Shown: positions 1 through 7,740 of the stretch, one piece after another | Position numbering within the stretch: the first letter of the stretch is position 1 | Layout: each line of letters starts with the position of its first letter | Sequence record: MZ475898.1 | Strand: one strand, 5' to 3' | DNA length: 64,000 nt | Program-made: the position numbers and the translations under genes | The notes under the pieces: model-generated | Seen by the model: only the letters and a program-made list of their open reading frames with translations | Told to the model about the DNA's origin: nothing | Database searches by the model: none

Positions 1-347
1 GCGGTAGCAGCAACGTCGGCAGTAGCCAGAGAACCTGCAAAGTTTTTAGTGATAGCTGTTGTGCGCACAGAGAGGAAACGAGAAATCTCCTGGCCACCAG
101 CGTAACGCTTGAGCACGTTCATGCCCAAGTCGTATGGGTTGTATGATTGTAGTTGATTAACCCACTTTGCTCGCACTTGGCTATACACGTATAAGCCAGG
201 CTGGTTAGCACCAGACACAGCAGTCAGGTTCCACACGCGGCCGTTAGTCGGGCTAGCAGGGAAAGTTGGGCCAGAAGAATTGGGATCACCTGGGGCGCGA
301 ATAATCTGAGAGTTCACACCTGCAAGCTGTAGACCGTAAGATAACAT
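1..347 (-). CDS. Virion fibre-associated protein, partial (runs off the left edge)
   Basis: Manual translation MLSYGLQLAGVNSQIIRAPGDPNSSGPTFPASPTNGRVWNLT...; ATG at 347 with AAGGAG SD; no stop before the edge; not in the ORF track. Confidence 0.75.
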   Translation of the reverse strand, partial: MLSYGLQLAGVNSQIIRAPGDPNSSGPTFPASPTNGRVWNLTAVSGANQPGLYVYSQVRAKWVNQLQSYNPYDLGMNVLKRYAGGQEISRFLSVRTTAITKNFAGSLATADVAAT

Positions 348-358
348 CAGTATTCTCC

Positions 359-580
359 TTAGGCGATTCGCACTTCACCAGTCACCGCGTACGGGAAGGT
401 AATCTTAACAGTGTCCGAGTCAACGATGACTACATCCAGCGGCAGCACTTGATGTAGCTTACCATCAGGTTGCATAGTGCATGTAGTCACGGCGACAGGA
501 CGCCCGAAGTTGTGCAGAATCGTCCATTCAGAAGCAGGCGTGTCTTGCTTGAAGCTACGCCCCATCGAATAGTTGAGCAT
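359..580 (-). CDS. Small beta-domain fibre/whisker protein (WxIxHN-type domain)
   Basis: 73 aa; EWTILHNFG...TVKITFPYAVTGEVRI is paralogous to domains in neighbouring ORFs. Confidence 0.7.
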   Translation of the reverse strand: MLNYSMGRSFKQDTPASEWTILHNFGRPVAVTTCTMQPDGKLHQVLPLDVVIVDSDTVKITFPYAVTGEVRIA

Positions 581-601
581 AAGAGCCTCGCGATTGTGGC
601 G

Positions 602-1198
602 TTAGTACAGGATTACAGTGCCAGACTCAGGATTGTCGAAGGTAATCGTCAACTGGCTGGTGCTGTCATGCACGATAGACTTAGGCTGTACTTCGTTCGC
701 ACCTTGATAGATACGCACCGCAGGGTTATAACCGAGATTATGCACAACAACCCACGTAGCCAGATTCTCATAAGATGCAGTGAATGCAACGGTAGGAGTA
801 GGCAGACCTGACTCAACGCCAGACAACAGTACAGCAGTACCGGCCACGGCAGAAGGGAAGAGGACAACGATGTTGTTAGCATCATCAGCGTGAATTGAAG
901 ATGGCTGCACCACGTCACCATTCTCATCGTAGCACTGTACGATAGGCGTAGCGGTATTCATCTTGTGGTTAATCTCCCAACGAGACGAAGCGGTAGGCTG
1001 CGAGTAGCGAACCATAGTCATCTGTTGAGTTAATGGAACCCAGACAGGAACATCTTCGATAGACACGCAGAACATCAGACGCTTGTCCATGAAGATAGCC
1101 ATACCAGGCTTAGGGTTAAGAGGCCAGTCAGTCGCTACATCAAACGCGAAGTTAGCAAGTGAGCCAAACTCTAAATCAAGAGTCCCTAGGACTTTCAT
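602..1198 (-). CDS. Fibre/whisker protein with two WxIxHN-type domains
   Basis: 198 aa; AGGAGA SD; two internal repeats (WEINHKM...FPSAVAG, WVVVHNLG...FDNPESG). Confidence 0.75.
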   Translation of the reverse strand: MKVLGTLDLEFGSLANFAFDVATDWPLNPKPGMAIFMDKRLMFCVSIEDVPVWVPLTQQMTMVRYSQPTASSRWEINHKMNTATPIVQCYDENGDVVQPSSIHADDANNIVVLFPSAVAGTAVLLSGVESGLPTPTVAFTASYENLATWVVVHNLGYNPAVRIYQGANEVQPKSIVHDSTSQLTITFDNPESGTVILY

Positions 1199-1218
1199 AA
1201 ATCTTTCTCCTGAGAGGT

Positions 1219-1248
1219 AAAAGGGGCAGGCAGAAGCCCACCCCTTTT
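1219..1248 (-). terminator. Intrinsic terminator
   Basis: Minus strand GGGGTGGGC-TTCT-GCCTGCCCC followed by TTTT, downstream of the 539-aa gene. Confidence 0.7.
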
Positions 1249-1261
1249 GTTTGTGTCGTTA

Positions 1262-2881
1262 TTACTCAGCCGGAGTATAAGCGTTCGCACCAGTAACGAA
1301 TGCGATTGCCACTTTCTTCTCGGTGGTCAGTTCAACACGCAGCGTGTTAGCGTCAACAAACACGACCTCATCAGGGATGATCTGATAGCCGGTATCATCA
1401 ACGACGGTAACGGTACCGTATTTGACGCCTGCATTGTGTGCGAAGGTGTGAGTGGTATTAGCCACGTCACCGCTTGCAGTTTTGTCGTACTGGTACAGCT
1501 TAGCAGCAGAACCGCTTGAGCCAGCAGCAATCGCATCGTCAACATATTTCTTGCTGACAACAGACTCATCAACCAGCGCTTCGGTGCCGGTCAGAGTAAG
1601 GGCTTCGACAGCGCCGCCTTCACCAGCGATGAAACCAGCGCTTTTTAAGGCGTCTTGGTCCACGATGATTTTGCTGTTGGTAGTGTCCTGTTTCAGGCCA
1701 GTACCCAGAGCAGCGCCTGCAATCTGCGCATAACCAACGCCACCATCAGTGATTGCCAGACCATCAGCAGTACGTGACAGAGTAGCGCCGTCCAGTTTAA
1801 CGCGAGTAGCACCAGCGTTATCTTCCAGGCCACCAGCAGCGTCCAGCTTAGCAGTAACAGCGTTGCTAGTGATTTCGATACCAGCGCCAGTAACCACGTT
1901 AACGACGTTCGAAACTTTCTCCAAACCATTGCCTGGGTTGAAGTCAGAAGCGCCGCCGAAGGTAGTCCACTGAGTAGCGTCGAAGCGACGGTATTCTTTG
2001 ATGCTCTTAACCCACGTTACAGCGCCACCAGCTTCGCTATCAGCAGGGTTGAAGACAACAACGAACGCAGTGCCGTTGTAGCGCACGATAGCGTTATCAA
2101 CCAGGCCGCTGATAGTACCGAAGTTCGGGTTAACAGTGTCTGCATCGAGGATGATGTACTGCTTACCGTTCTCCAGTACAGGGTCGAGGGTGCCGTCAGT
2201 CTGAATGTCATCAGAATCGTGCAGCCAGTCGATACCAGCGATGGCGTTGTCAATGTCGATCTTACGAGCGGCATCGTTCGCGTTTGCTGGCGCGGCCAGG
2301 TTGGTGATGGTGTTACCGTCAGCGTTCAGGTCACCAGTCAGAACACCAGCGCCTGCATCCAGCTTACCTGCCAGTGCAGTTTCGTTGGCGTCAGATTTGT
2401 TCTTGACTGCGGTGATCTGAGTCTGGATAGAAGAGGTAGCACCCTTCAAATAACCCAGTTCAGTTGCAGTAACATCGCTGGTTTCCAGAGTGCTATCAGC
2501 GCCTGCAAACACAACGGCGTTTTCAGTCAGGCCAGACAGTTTATCCTGCTTACCACTGATAACGGTTTCAACGTGCTTCTTACTAACAGCAGCGTTATCT
2601 TCTGACGCGCTCTGGTCTGGACCAGACAGCAGCAGATCGGCAGTCATGGCTACGGTACCGTCAGCGAGGATAACACCCTCTACAGAACCACCGCCTTCAC
2701 CCAGCTCTTTGATTGCCGTACCGTCGAAGTATTTATACTTCTTGTCTGTGGTGTTATACCACATGCGCCCTTCCTGTGCGGCAACCAAGTCACCTACAGC
2801 AGGGTCAGCAGCAAGTTGTTCCGGACGGAAGTTCTTGAGCTGGGCACCTAACATCAGTTCAATATTACCAGTACGCATCAT
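1262..2881 (-). CDS. Fibre/whisker structural protein
   Basis: 539 aa Gly/Ala/Asp-rich; AVSKKHVE, AARKIDID and VVSKKYVD fibre motifs; C-terminal HN-type domain; AGGAGA SD. Confidence 0.75.
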   Translation of the reverse strand: MMRTGNIELMLGAQLKNFRPEQLAADPAVGDLVAAQEGRMWYNTTDKKYKYFDGTAIKELGEGGGSVEGVILADGTVAMTADLLLSGPDQSASEDNAAVSKKHVETVISGKQDKLSGLTENAVVFAGADSTLETSDVTATELGYLKGATSSIQTQITAVKNKSDANETALAGKLDAGAGVLTGDLNADGNTITNLAAPANANDAARKIDIDNAIAGIDWLHDSDDIQTDGTLDPVLENGKQYIILDADTVNPNFGTISGLVDNAIVRYNGTAFVVVFNPADSEAGGAVTWVKSIKEYRRFDATQWTTFGGASDFNPGNGLEKVSNVVNVVTGAGIEITSNAVTAKLDAAGGLEDNAGATRVKLDGATLSRTADGLAITDGGVGYAQIAGAALGTGLKQDTTNSKIIVDQDALKSAGFIAGEGGAVEALTLTGTEALVDESVVSKKYVDDAIAAGSSGSAAKLYQYDKTASGDVANTTHTFAHNAGVKYGTVTVVDDTGYQIIPDEVVFVDANTLRVELTTEKKVAIAFVTGANAYTPAE

Positions 2882-2902
2882 GTTCTCCTAGTGCGTGGGG
2901 GA

Positions 2903-3646
2903 TTAGAAAAACTGACCGTCACATTCACCAAGACTGCAACGCAGTTCCTGGTATGCAGCGATCCGTTGTTCAATTACATTAATAAACTTGTCATCAATAT
3001 CATACTTCACACGAAGCGGAGCATCATATCCTTCTAAGAGGCCGTGACGTCGATACGCATCTGCACGGAGCAGCGGTGCGCTAACGTGAGCACGTTCCAT
3101 AATGCTTAAATCTATCTTATCGGCATAGATGAACGGCCGCTCTCGTTTACACAGAAGGTAATCGATCTCGTGTAAATTAAAGAGTGTGAAATTCATATAG
3201 CCAATAATGAACTCCGCAATCAAACGAAAACTATCTGCCATATCTGCACTCAGATTGTGAGCGAGTATGGGTTCTATGTGTGGTTGCAGTTCAGTACGCA
3301 TGTCGTACCAAGCTTCACACAGAACAGCAGGGAAGTCTTCAGGGTGAGCGGCCATAAGCCCCATCACCCCTTTCTCCATATCTGCGAATGAGCTTAAAAG
3401 ATTAGCGGTATCTTCAGGTGTTTCAATACCGCGACCCGTTGAAATGAACTGGCATTCAATTTCTCTCAACCAAGACTCGGACGCAGATAGGTATTGGAGA
3501 AGTGTCTCCCGAGCGCCAGCCGAAAACTCATGTCGGTCAGACTCAAGAGCCTGGTCCAACAAGAAGGCTTTAGCTTTGTAGAAGTCACTATAGCGCTCAG
3601 CGGTAAAGCGGCGGAACGCTATATTATTTCTCAAATAGCCTATCAT
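2903..3646 (-). CDS. Hypothetical alpha-helical cytoplasmic protein
   Basis: 247 aa; ATGA overlap with the upstream stop suggests translational coupling. Confidence 0.7.
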   Translation of the reverse strand: MIGYLRNNIAFRRFTAERYSDFYKAKAFLLDQALESDRHEFSAGARETLLQYLSASESWLREIECQFISTGRGIETPEDTANLLSSFADMEKGVMGLMAAHPEDFPAVLCEAWYDMRTELQPHIEPILAHNLSADMADSFRLIAEFIIGYMNFTLFNLHEIDYLLCKRERPFIYADKIDLSIMERAHVSAPLLRADAYRRHGLLEGYDAPLRVKYDIDDKFINVIEQRIAAYQELRCSLGECDGQFF

Positions 3647-4146
3647 CGCAATTTCCTCAGATCATTCGACTCCGAAGCGCCTAAGCCGGGCGGAGCCGTA
3701 TACAACGAACTGGAGAGGCTCTGCAATCTTAGCCCTAGCTTCTCTAGCTCATGTTGATTACCATCAAGACGGCCTAACACTTCACGCATTAGGTCAACTG
3801 ACTCCTGATGGTCACGGGACTGCTGTGATATAATCCGCTCAAACCGCTGAACTGCTCGAAGAACTGAGTTCAATCCCTCTTTAAGATCTATATTGTCGAC
3901 CTGCGTGGTTTCCGAAAACTCATTAAGGGCTTTGAGGACCTGCGCTAGTTCTGCTTCTAGTGACTCACCATCGAGCACTACGGGATTTGCTTCTAACTCG
4001 GCTAACTTCTCTTTGACCCGTTCATAGTCCTGCATGTCGGGAATGACTTTCCACCAGTAAAAGCCAGCTCCTGCAATGAGAAGAACTACTGACAGGACAG
4101 TTGCGAAGTTGGACGCAAGCACTTGTCCTAGTATTTCAGCCCACAT
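3643..4146 (-). CDS. Membrane protein, N-terminal TM helix plus coiled coil (possible lysis/spanin-like)
   Basis: 167 aa; hydrophobic FATVLSVVLLIAGAGFYWW followed by heptad-rich region. Confidence 0.65.
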   Translation of the reverse strand: MWAEILGQVLASNFATVLSVVLLIAGAGFYWWKVIPDMQDYERVKEKLAELEANPVVLDGESLEAELAQVLKALNEFSETTQVDNIDLKEGLNSVLRAVQRFERIISQQSRDHQESVDLMREVLGRLDGNQHELEKLGLRLQSLSSSLYTAPPGLGASESNDLRKLR

Positions 4147-4151
4147 TTCTT

Positions 4152-4436
4152 CTAACCCTTACAGGCTCGGTCATTGAGTTCGATAATAACTCGCTGTGCG
4201 CCTGGTTCGTTTACATCAGTGGTTTTATACGTGTGCGCCATCTTTGGCTTGAACTCTAAGCAGCTCTGTCCATATCGTCCGTCAACGACGCAGATAGCAG
4301 ACAGGCAGCTCACATCTTCCTTGAGGATTCTCGATTCAGGATCTGGGTTGACACTTCTAACGGCCGTGACAATAAGCGACACAAAGGCCAAGGCAATGCC
4401 AACCAAAATCACAATCTTGATTTTCCCGGCGTTCAT
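4152..4436 (-). CDS. Small membrane-anchored protein with four Cys
   Basis: 94 aa; TM IVILVGIALAFVSLIVTAV; four Cys in the C-terminal domain. Confidence 0.65.
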   Translation of the reverse strand: MNAGKIKIVILVGIALAFVSLIVTAVRSVNPDPESRILKEDVSCLSAICVVDGRYGQSCLEFKPKMAHTYKTTDVNEPGAQRVIIELNDRACKG

Positions 4437-4467
4437 TTCGCTCTATCCAGTTGAATTTTGATAGGAG

Positions 4468-4475
4468 AAATTAGC
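4468..4475 (-). promoter_or_regulatory. Candidate late promoter motif GCTAATTT
   Basis: Intergenic, ~32 nt upstream of ATG 4436; same octamer lies upstream of five other genes. Confidence 0.5.
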
Positions 4476-4497
4476 GACCGCGCAGATCCTAAACGGG

Positions 4498-5535
4498 TTA
4501 TTCATCCAATACTCCACTTATATCTTGGAACATGTTTTTATACACGAGGCTACCTCCAAGTTTGTCCAGTCGTTCAATCGAAACATACATGTGCGGTTCT
4601 GTATTCACCTGTGCCCACTTGTTGTCTGTACTCAGGTTTTCCAAAGAAGGAATAAGAACGATGCTCAAGTTATCAGAAGCCCTAACGAAAGCCACATCGA
4701 TATGATTCTTATTGATTCGAATGATGTATCGGTTGATTGCGTCCAAACCAACCGTGCGATTGAACTCTACATCACTGACTGTATTCACCAAACTAATAAG
4801 GAAGCCTTTCGGGCGACTGTTTATGTCGAACAGCGAACTCTTCAACTCAGAGAGGGTAGTAGCCGAGAAGTGTTGAACATCATGGCCCTTGCCTCTTAGA
4901 CACTCACCCAAGATGCGACTCGATTCAATGTGCGCGGTGTTGTCATCACGCATGATATAAATCGGTGCACCTCTGTTGTATGTGCGCTCGGTAATCTGCT
5001 GTATCAGGTCGCATGTAGGCTCCGTAACAGTAGACAGGCCTTTATACGCAATAACAAACTTGTCCTTGTACAGGTCGTAAATCTCAGGCGGCATGTACTT
5101 CATGTAATCATCATCAAGGCTCAAAATCAATCGAGGCTTAACGAGAGGAATCACAAGCTGCACAGACCGCAGAGCGTCCTTGTACTCCGTGTCCGATAGC
5201 ACACGGTTTATAGGTAGGTACTGCACAGTCACATACGGGTCAGAGCCTGTATCGACGATAGAGCGAACGGCTGTGCTGCCTACGTTAGGACCTGCGGAGA
5301 ACTGAGTGATAATCATCAAACTGTTTTGGCCTAAGCCACCGCCACCAGCAACTGTAGTAGCACTACCATCTGCATTCTGGACTGTCTTAGAGCGCGTCAG
5401 CGTTGGCGCTACTCGGTCGTCTCGTCCGTTATCGGCATATACATTAACTGCGCAACACCAGAGACAGCTTCCAAGAACGTAAGCAGCAATACGTTGTCGG
5501 GATCTGCGTCTGCCGGGTTGACGGTGTCCGGCCAT
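4498..5535 (-). CDS. Exported periplasmic-binding-protein-like (type 1, ABC_sub_bind-like) protein
   Basis: 345 aa; AAAGGAG SD before ATG 5535; signal-peptide-like N-terminus; PRLILSLDDD, IYIMRDDN, TLSELKSSL and YVSIERLDKLG resemble PBP1 sensor-domain motifs. Confidence 0.55.
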   Translation of the reverse strand: MAGHRQPGRRRSRQRIAAYVLGSCLWCCAVNVYADNGRDDRVAPTLTRSKTVQNADGSATTVAGGGGLGQNSLMIITQFSAGPNVGSTAVRSIVDTGSDPYVTVQYLPINRVLSDTEYKDALRSVQLVIPLVKPRLILSLDDDYMKYMPPEIYDLYKDKFVIAYKGLSTVTEPTCDLIQQITERTYNRGAPIYIMRDDNTAHIESSRILGECLRGKGHDVQHFSATTLSELKSSLFDINSRPKGFLISLVNTVSDVEFNRTVGLDAINRYIIRINKNHIDVAFVRASDNLSIVLIPSLENLSTDNKWAQVNTEPHMYVSIERLDKLGGSLVYKNMFQDISGVLDE

Positions 5536-6233
5536 AATACTTCTCCTTTCTCGTCAGTGACATAAGGAATACCGGCGCCTTTACCCAATCCATGACGTAA
5601 GGCCCATACGGTGTCGGCATTCTCTTGAACGAACACAAGACCATGCACCTGTGCTTTATCCCCTGTCTGCTCAAGCGCTGTCACACGACTATCGAGTAAC
5701 TGCGTTTGCGATTGGAGAGCACGAATCGATGCAAGGTTGGAGTTAACACGCGTGTTCATATTGTTGAACATGGTGAAGAAGCTGTTGTTCATCGCAGTAC
5801 GGACGCTGTCCGTGTACGACTTAGGAATCAGCTCATTGCTGTCAAACGTTGTTGCGCCCGGTCGAACGAATACCTTACCTTGAAGTGTACCGCCGCTCGC
5901 ACTGATAATCTGAGGTGCAGGCAGATCAGCTGCATCCCAAGTCTGAACAGTGTTCATCACAGTAGCGTAGTCCGTTTCCTCCTGCCACGTATTCTTGTAC
6001 GGGCTGGTGGCTGTTTTAGACTTGCGGCGTAACACTTTCTTGTAGCTGGCGTTGGCACCATCAGCAATGATCCAGAGACCGTTCAGAGGGAATGTATGCG
6101 TAACAGGTTCAGCAAACGCCAGTATGATAATGACGTCCGCTCCCACCTTATACACAATATCATTCGACGCCGAAAGTCCCTGCTGTTGCGCAAGGCTTAC
6201 GAGCGTGTCCACATAGTTAGTCAACTGGCTCAT
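5409..6233 (-). CDS. Fibre protein with coiled coil and C-terminal HN-type domain
   Basis: 274 aa; coiled coil NTRVNSNLASIRALQSQTQLLDSRVTALE; C-terminal WALRHGLG...FLEAVSG. Confidence 0.7.
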   Translation of the reverse strand: MSQLTNYVDTLVSLAQQQGLSASNDIVYKVGADVIIILAFAEPVTHTFPLNGLWIIADGANASYKKVLRRKSKTATSPYKNTWQEETDYATVMNTVQTWDAADLPAPQIISASGGTLQGKVFVRPGATTFDSNELIPKSYTDSVRTAMNNSFFTMFNNMNTRVNSNLASIRALQSQTQLLDSRVTALEQTGDKAQVHGLVFVQENADTVWALRHGLGKGAGIPYVTDEKGEVLWPDTVNPADADPDNVLLLTFLEAVSGVAQLMYMPITDETTE

Positions 6234-6693
6234 CCGAAACTCCTAAGGTTTTTAGAATTGAAGAACTTCTATCGGAGAAGGCTTTTGCAATTGACTTAGC
6301 AGCAGCCTTATCGATAACGATTGTGCTGATAACGCCTTTGGTGTTGCATACGATTGTTTGAGGAGCGTAGTCAACACAAGCCAAGGCGAATAGCAGATGA
6401 TTACCGAGTTCACCGCTGATACAAACGTCTACGTCGAGGTCAGGCACGTAAACGTTCTGGTTAATCTCAGAAATAAACTGCGCCAGCGCAACGGGATCAA
6501 ACTTAGGAGGCGCTGTATCGTATTCCGCAATCAAGTCAATCTGTTTGGTTGCGGGATCGTATTCAAATGCGTTAATGTCCGAGATGATACGACCAAAGAG
6601 TTCGTTGCTTACTTCAATGCAATACTCATCAGACTTCTCACGGACGCGACCAACTACCTTGTTAGTCGCTGGGTTGATACGAATGATTGGCAT
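6217..6693 (-). CDS. Possible fibre assembly chaperone
   Basis: 158 aa directly downstream of a collagen fibre gene; call is by position and size. Confidence 0.45.
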   Translation of the reverse strand: MPIIRINPATNKVVGRVREKSDEYCIEVSNELFGRIISDINAFEYDPATKQIDLIAEYDTAPPKFDPVALAQFISEINQNVYVPDLDVDVCISGELGNHLLFALACVDYAPQTIVCNTKGVISTIVIDKAAAKSIAKAFSDRSSSILKTLGVSDEPVD

Positions 6694-6695
6694 AA

Positions 6696-7517
6696 TTAGT
6701 CGCCCTCTGCACTATACCAGAAGTCCCAGCCGACAACGTTTGTGCCAGTAGACTTAATGGTGAAGCCACCCAACAGGGCGTTCTCGTTCATCGCACTTGT
6801 ACCATCCAGATTATAGAGCTGGAAGGTCCGAGATTGATTGGTTGCAGTATTGACGAACGTGATTTGCACAGACACACAGCGGTTGATGAACGGGCTGTTG
6901 AAGATAACGTTAATCGTATCAGTAGTGGATGTATTCACCACACGACCAAAGTTCTTCGTGTAACCAGTGTTCAGATCGCGGTCGCTACCAATCCATGCGT
7001 TAGGAATAGGCTGACCTGTGATAGGGTCAAGCGCTTGTGCTACGAGATACTCATTGATAGCAGCATCGCGTCCTGCATTACCAGTAGGACCAGTTGGGCC
7101 TGTAGGACCCACACCACCTGTGTTACCTGTAGCGCCGACAGGGCCTGTGTTACCAGTAGGACCTTGACGGCCACGCTGACCACGAGGGCCAGGACAACCG
7201 TCTTCACCATCAGCACCATCACGACCATCAGCACCAGGCAGGCCACGTAGACCGTCTTTACCCTGCTTACCTTCCTTGCCTGACTTCAACTGGTCAGCAG
7301 TAGGCAGGCCAGGCACGGTGCTCTGACTACCGTCTGGCCATACAATAGTAAGCGTACCACTCACTGGATCGAACTGTACGCCTTGTGATCCCGGAATGTT
7401 AGCTGCCTCTGTCGGGTCAATAAACGCAACAGAGTTCAGCGTTTGTTTGCCGAGAACTTTACCGACAGGAAATGCACCGCCATCGATTAGTCCCGGACTT
7501 ATTTTCTGCAAAGACAT
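6696..7517 (-). CDS. Collagen-like fibre protein
   Basis: 273 aa; 24 consecutive G-X-Y triplets (7065-7280); C-terminal beta-rich domain. Confidence 0.85.
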   Translation of the reverse strand: MSLQKISPGLIDGGAFPVGKVLGKQTLNSVAFIDPTEAANIPGSQGVQFDPVSGTLTIVWPDGSQSTVPGLPTADQLKSGKEGKQGKDGLRGLPGADGRDGADGEDGCPGPRGQRGRQGPTGNTGPVGATGNTGGVGPTGPTGPTGNAGRDAAINEYLVAQALDPITGQPIPNAWIGSDRDLNTGYTKNFGRVVNTSTTDTINVIFNSPFINRCVSVQITFVNTATNQSRTFQLYNLDGTSAMNENALLGGFTIKSTGTNVVGWDFWYSAEGD

Positions 7518-7527
7518 GGGCTAGCTC

Positions 7528-7731
7528 CTAACCAGTCAGTGTTGTCCAATCAGGTTGGCCTGATTGACCCGCTTCGGGATTCTTAACTTTCGTGTTGTTG
7601 ATTGTCATACGAATCCAACGCACAGTACCGTCAGAATCCTGCCAGCGAATCTTCGTTCCACCGTATGCTAAATTAGCTACCCATCTGTCTCTGCTAGGGT
7701 CTTTGAAAGCAAGACGTGCATAAGCAGGCAT
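7528..7731 (-). CDS. Small Trp-repeat fibre-associated protein
   Basis: 67 aa; AAGGAG SD; three (K/R)...W motifs similar to the N-terminus of the 673-aa ORF. Confidence 0.65.
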   Translation of the reverse strand: MPAYARLAFKDPSRDRWVANLAYGGTKIRWQDSDGTVRWIRMTINNTKVKNPEAGQSGQPDWTTLTG

Positions 7732-7740
7732 AAGTTCTCC

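Noticed and set aside
7670-7677. GCTAATTT copy inside the 67-aa CDS
   Set aside because: Intragenic and ~150 nt from the next start; it could be an internal promoter but was not counted
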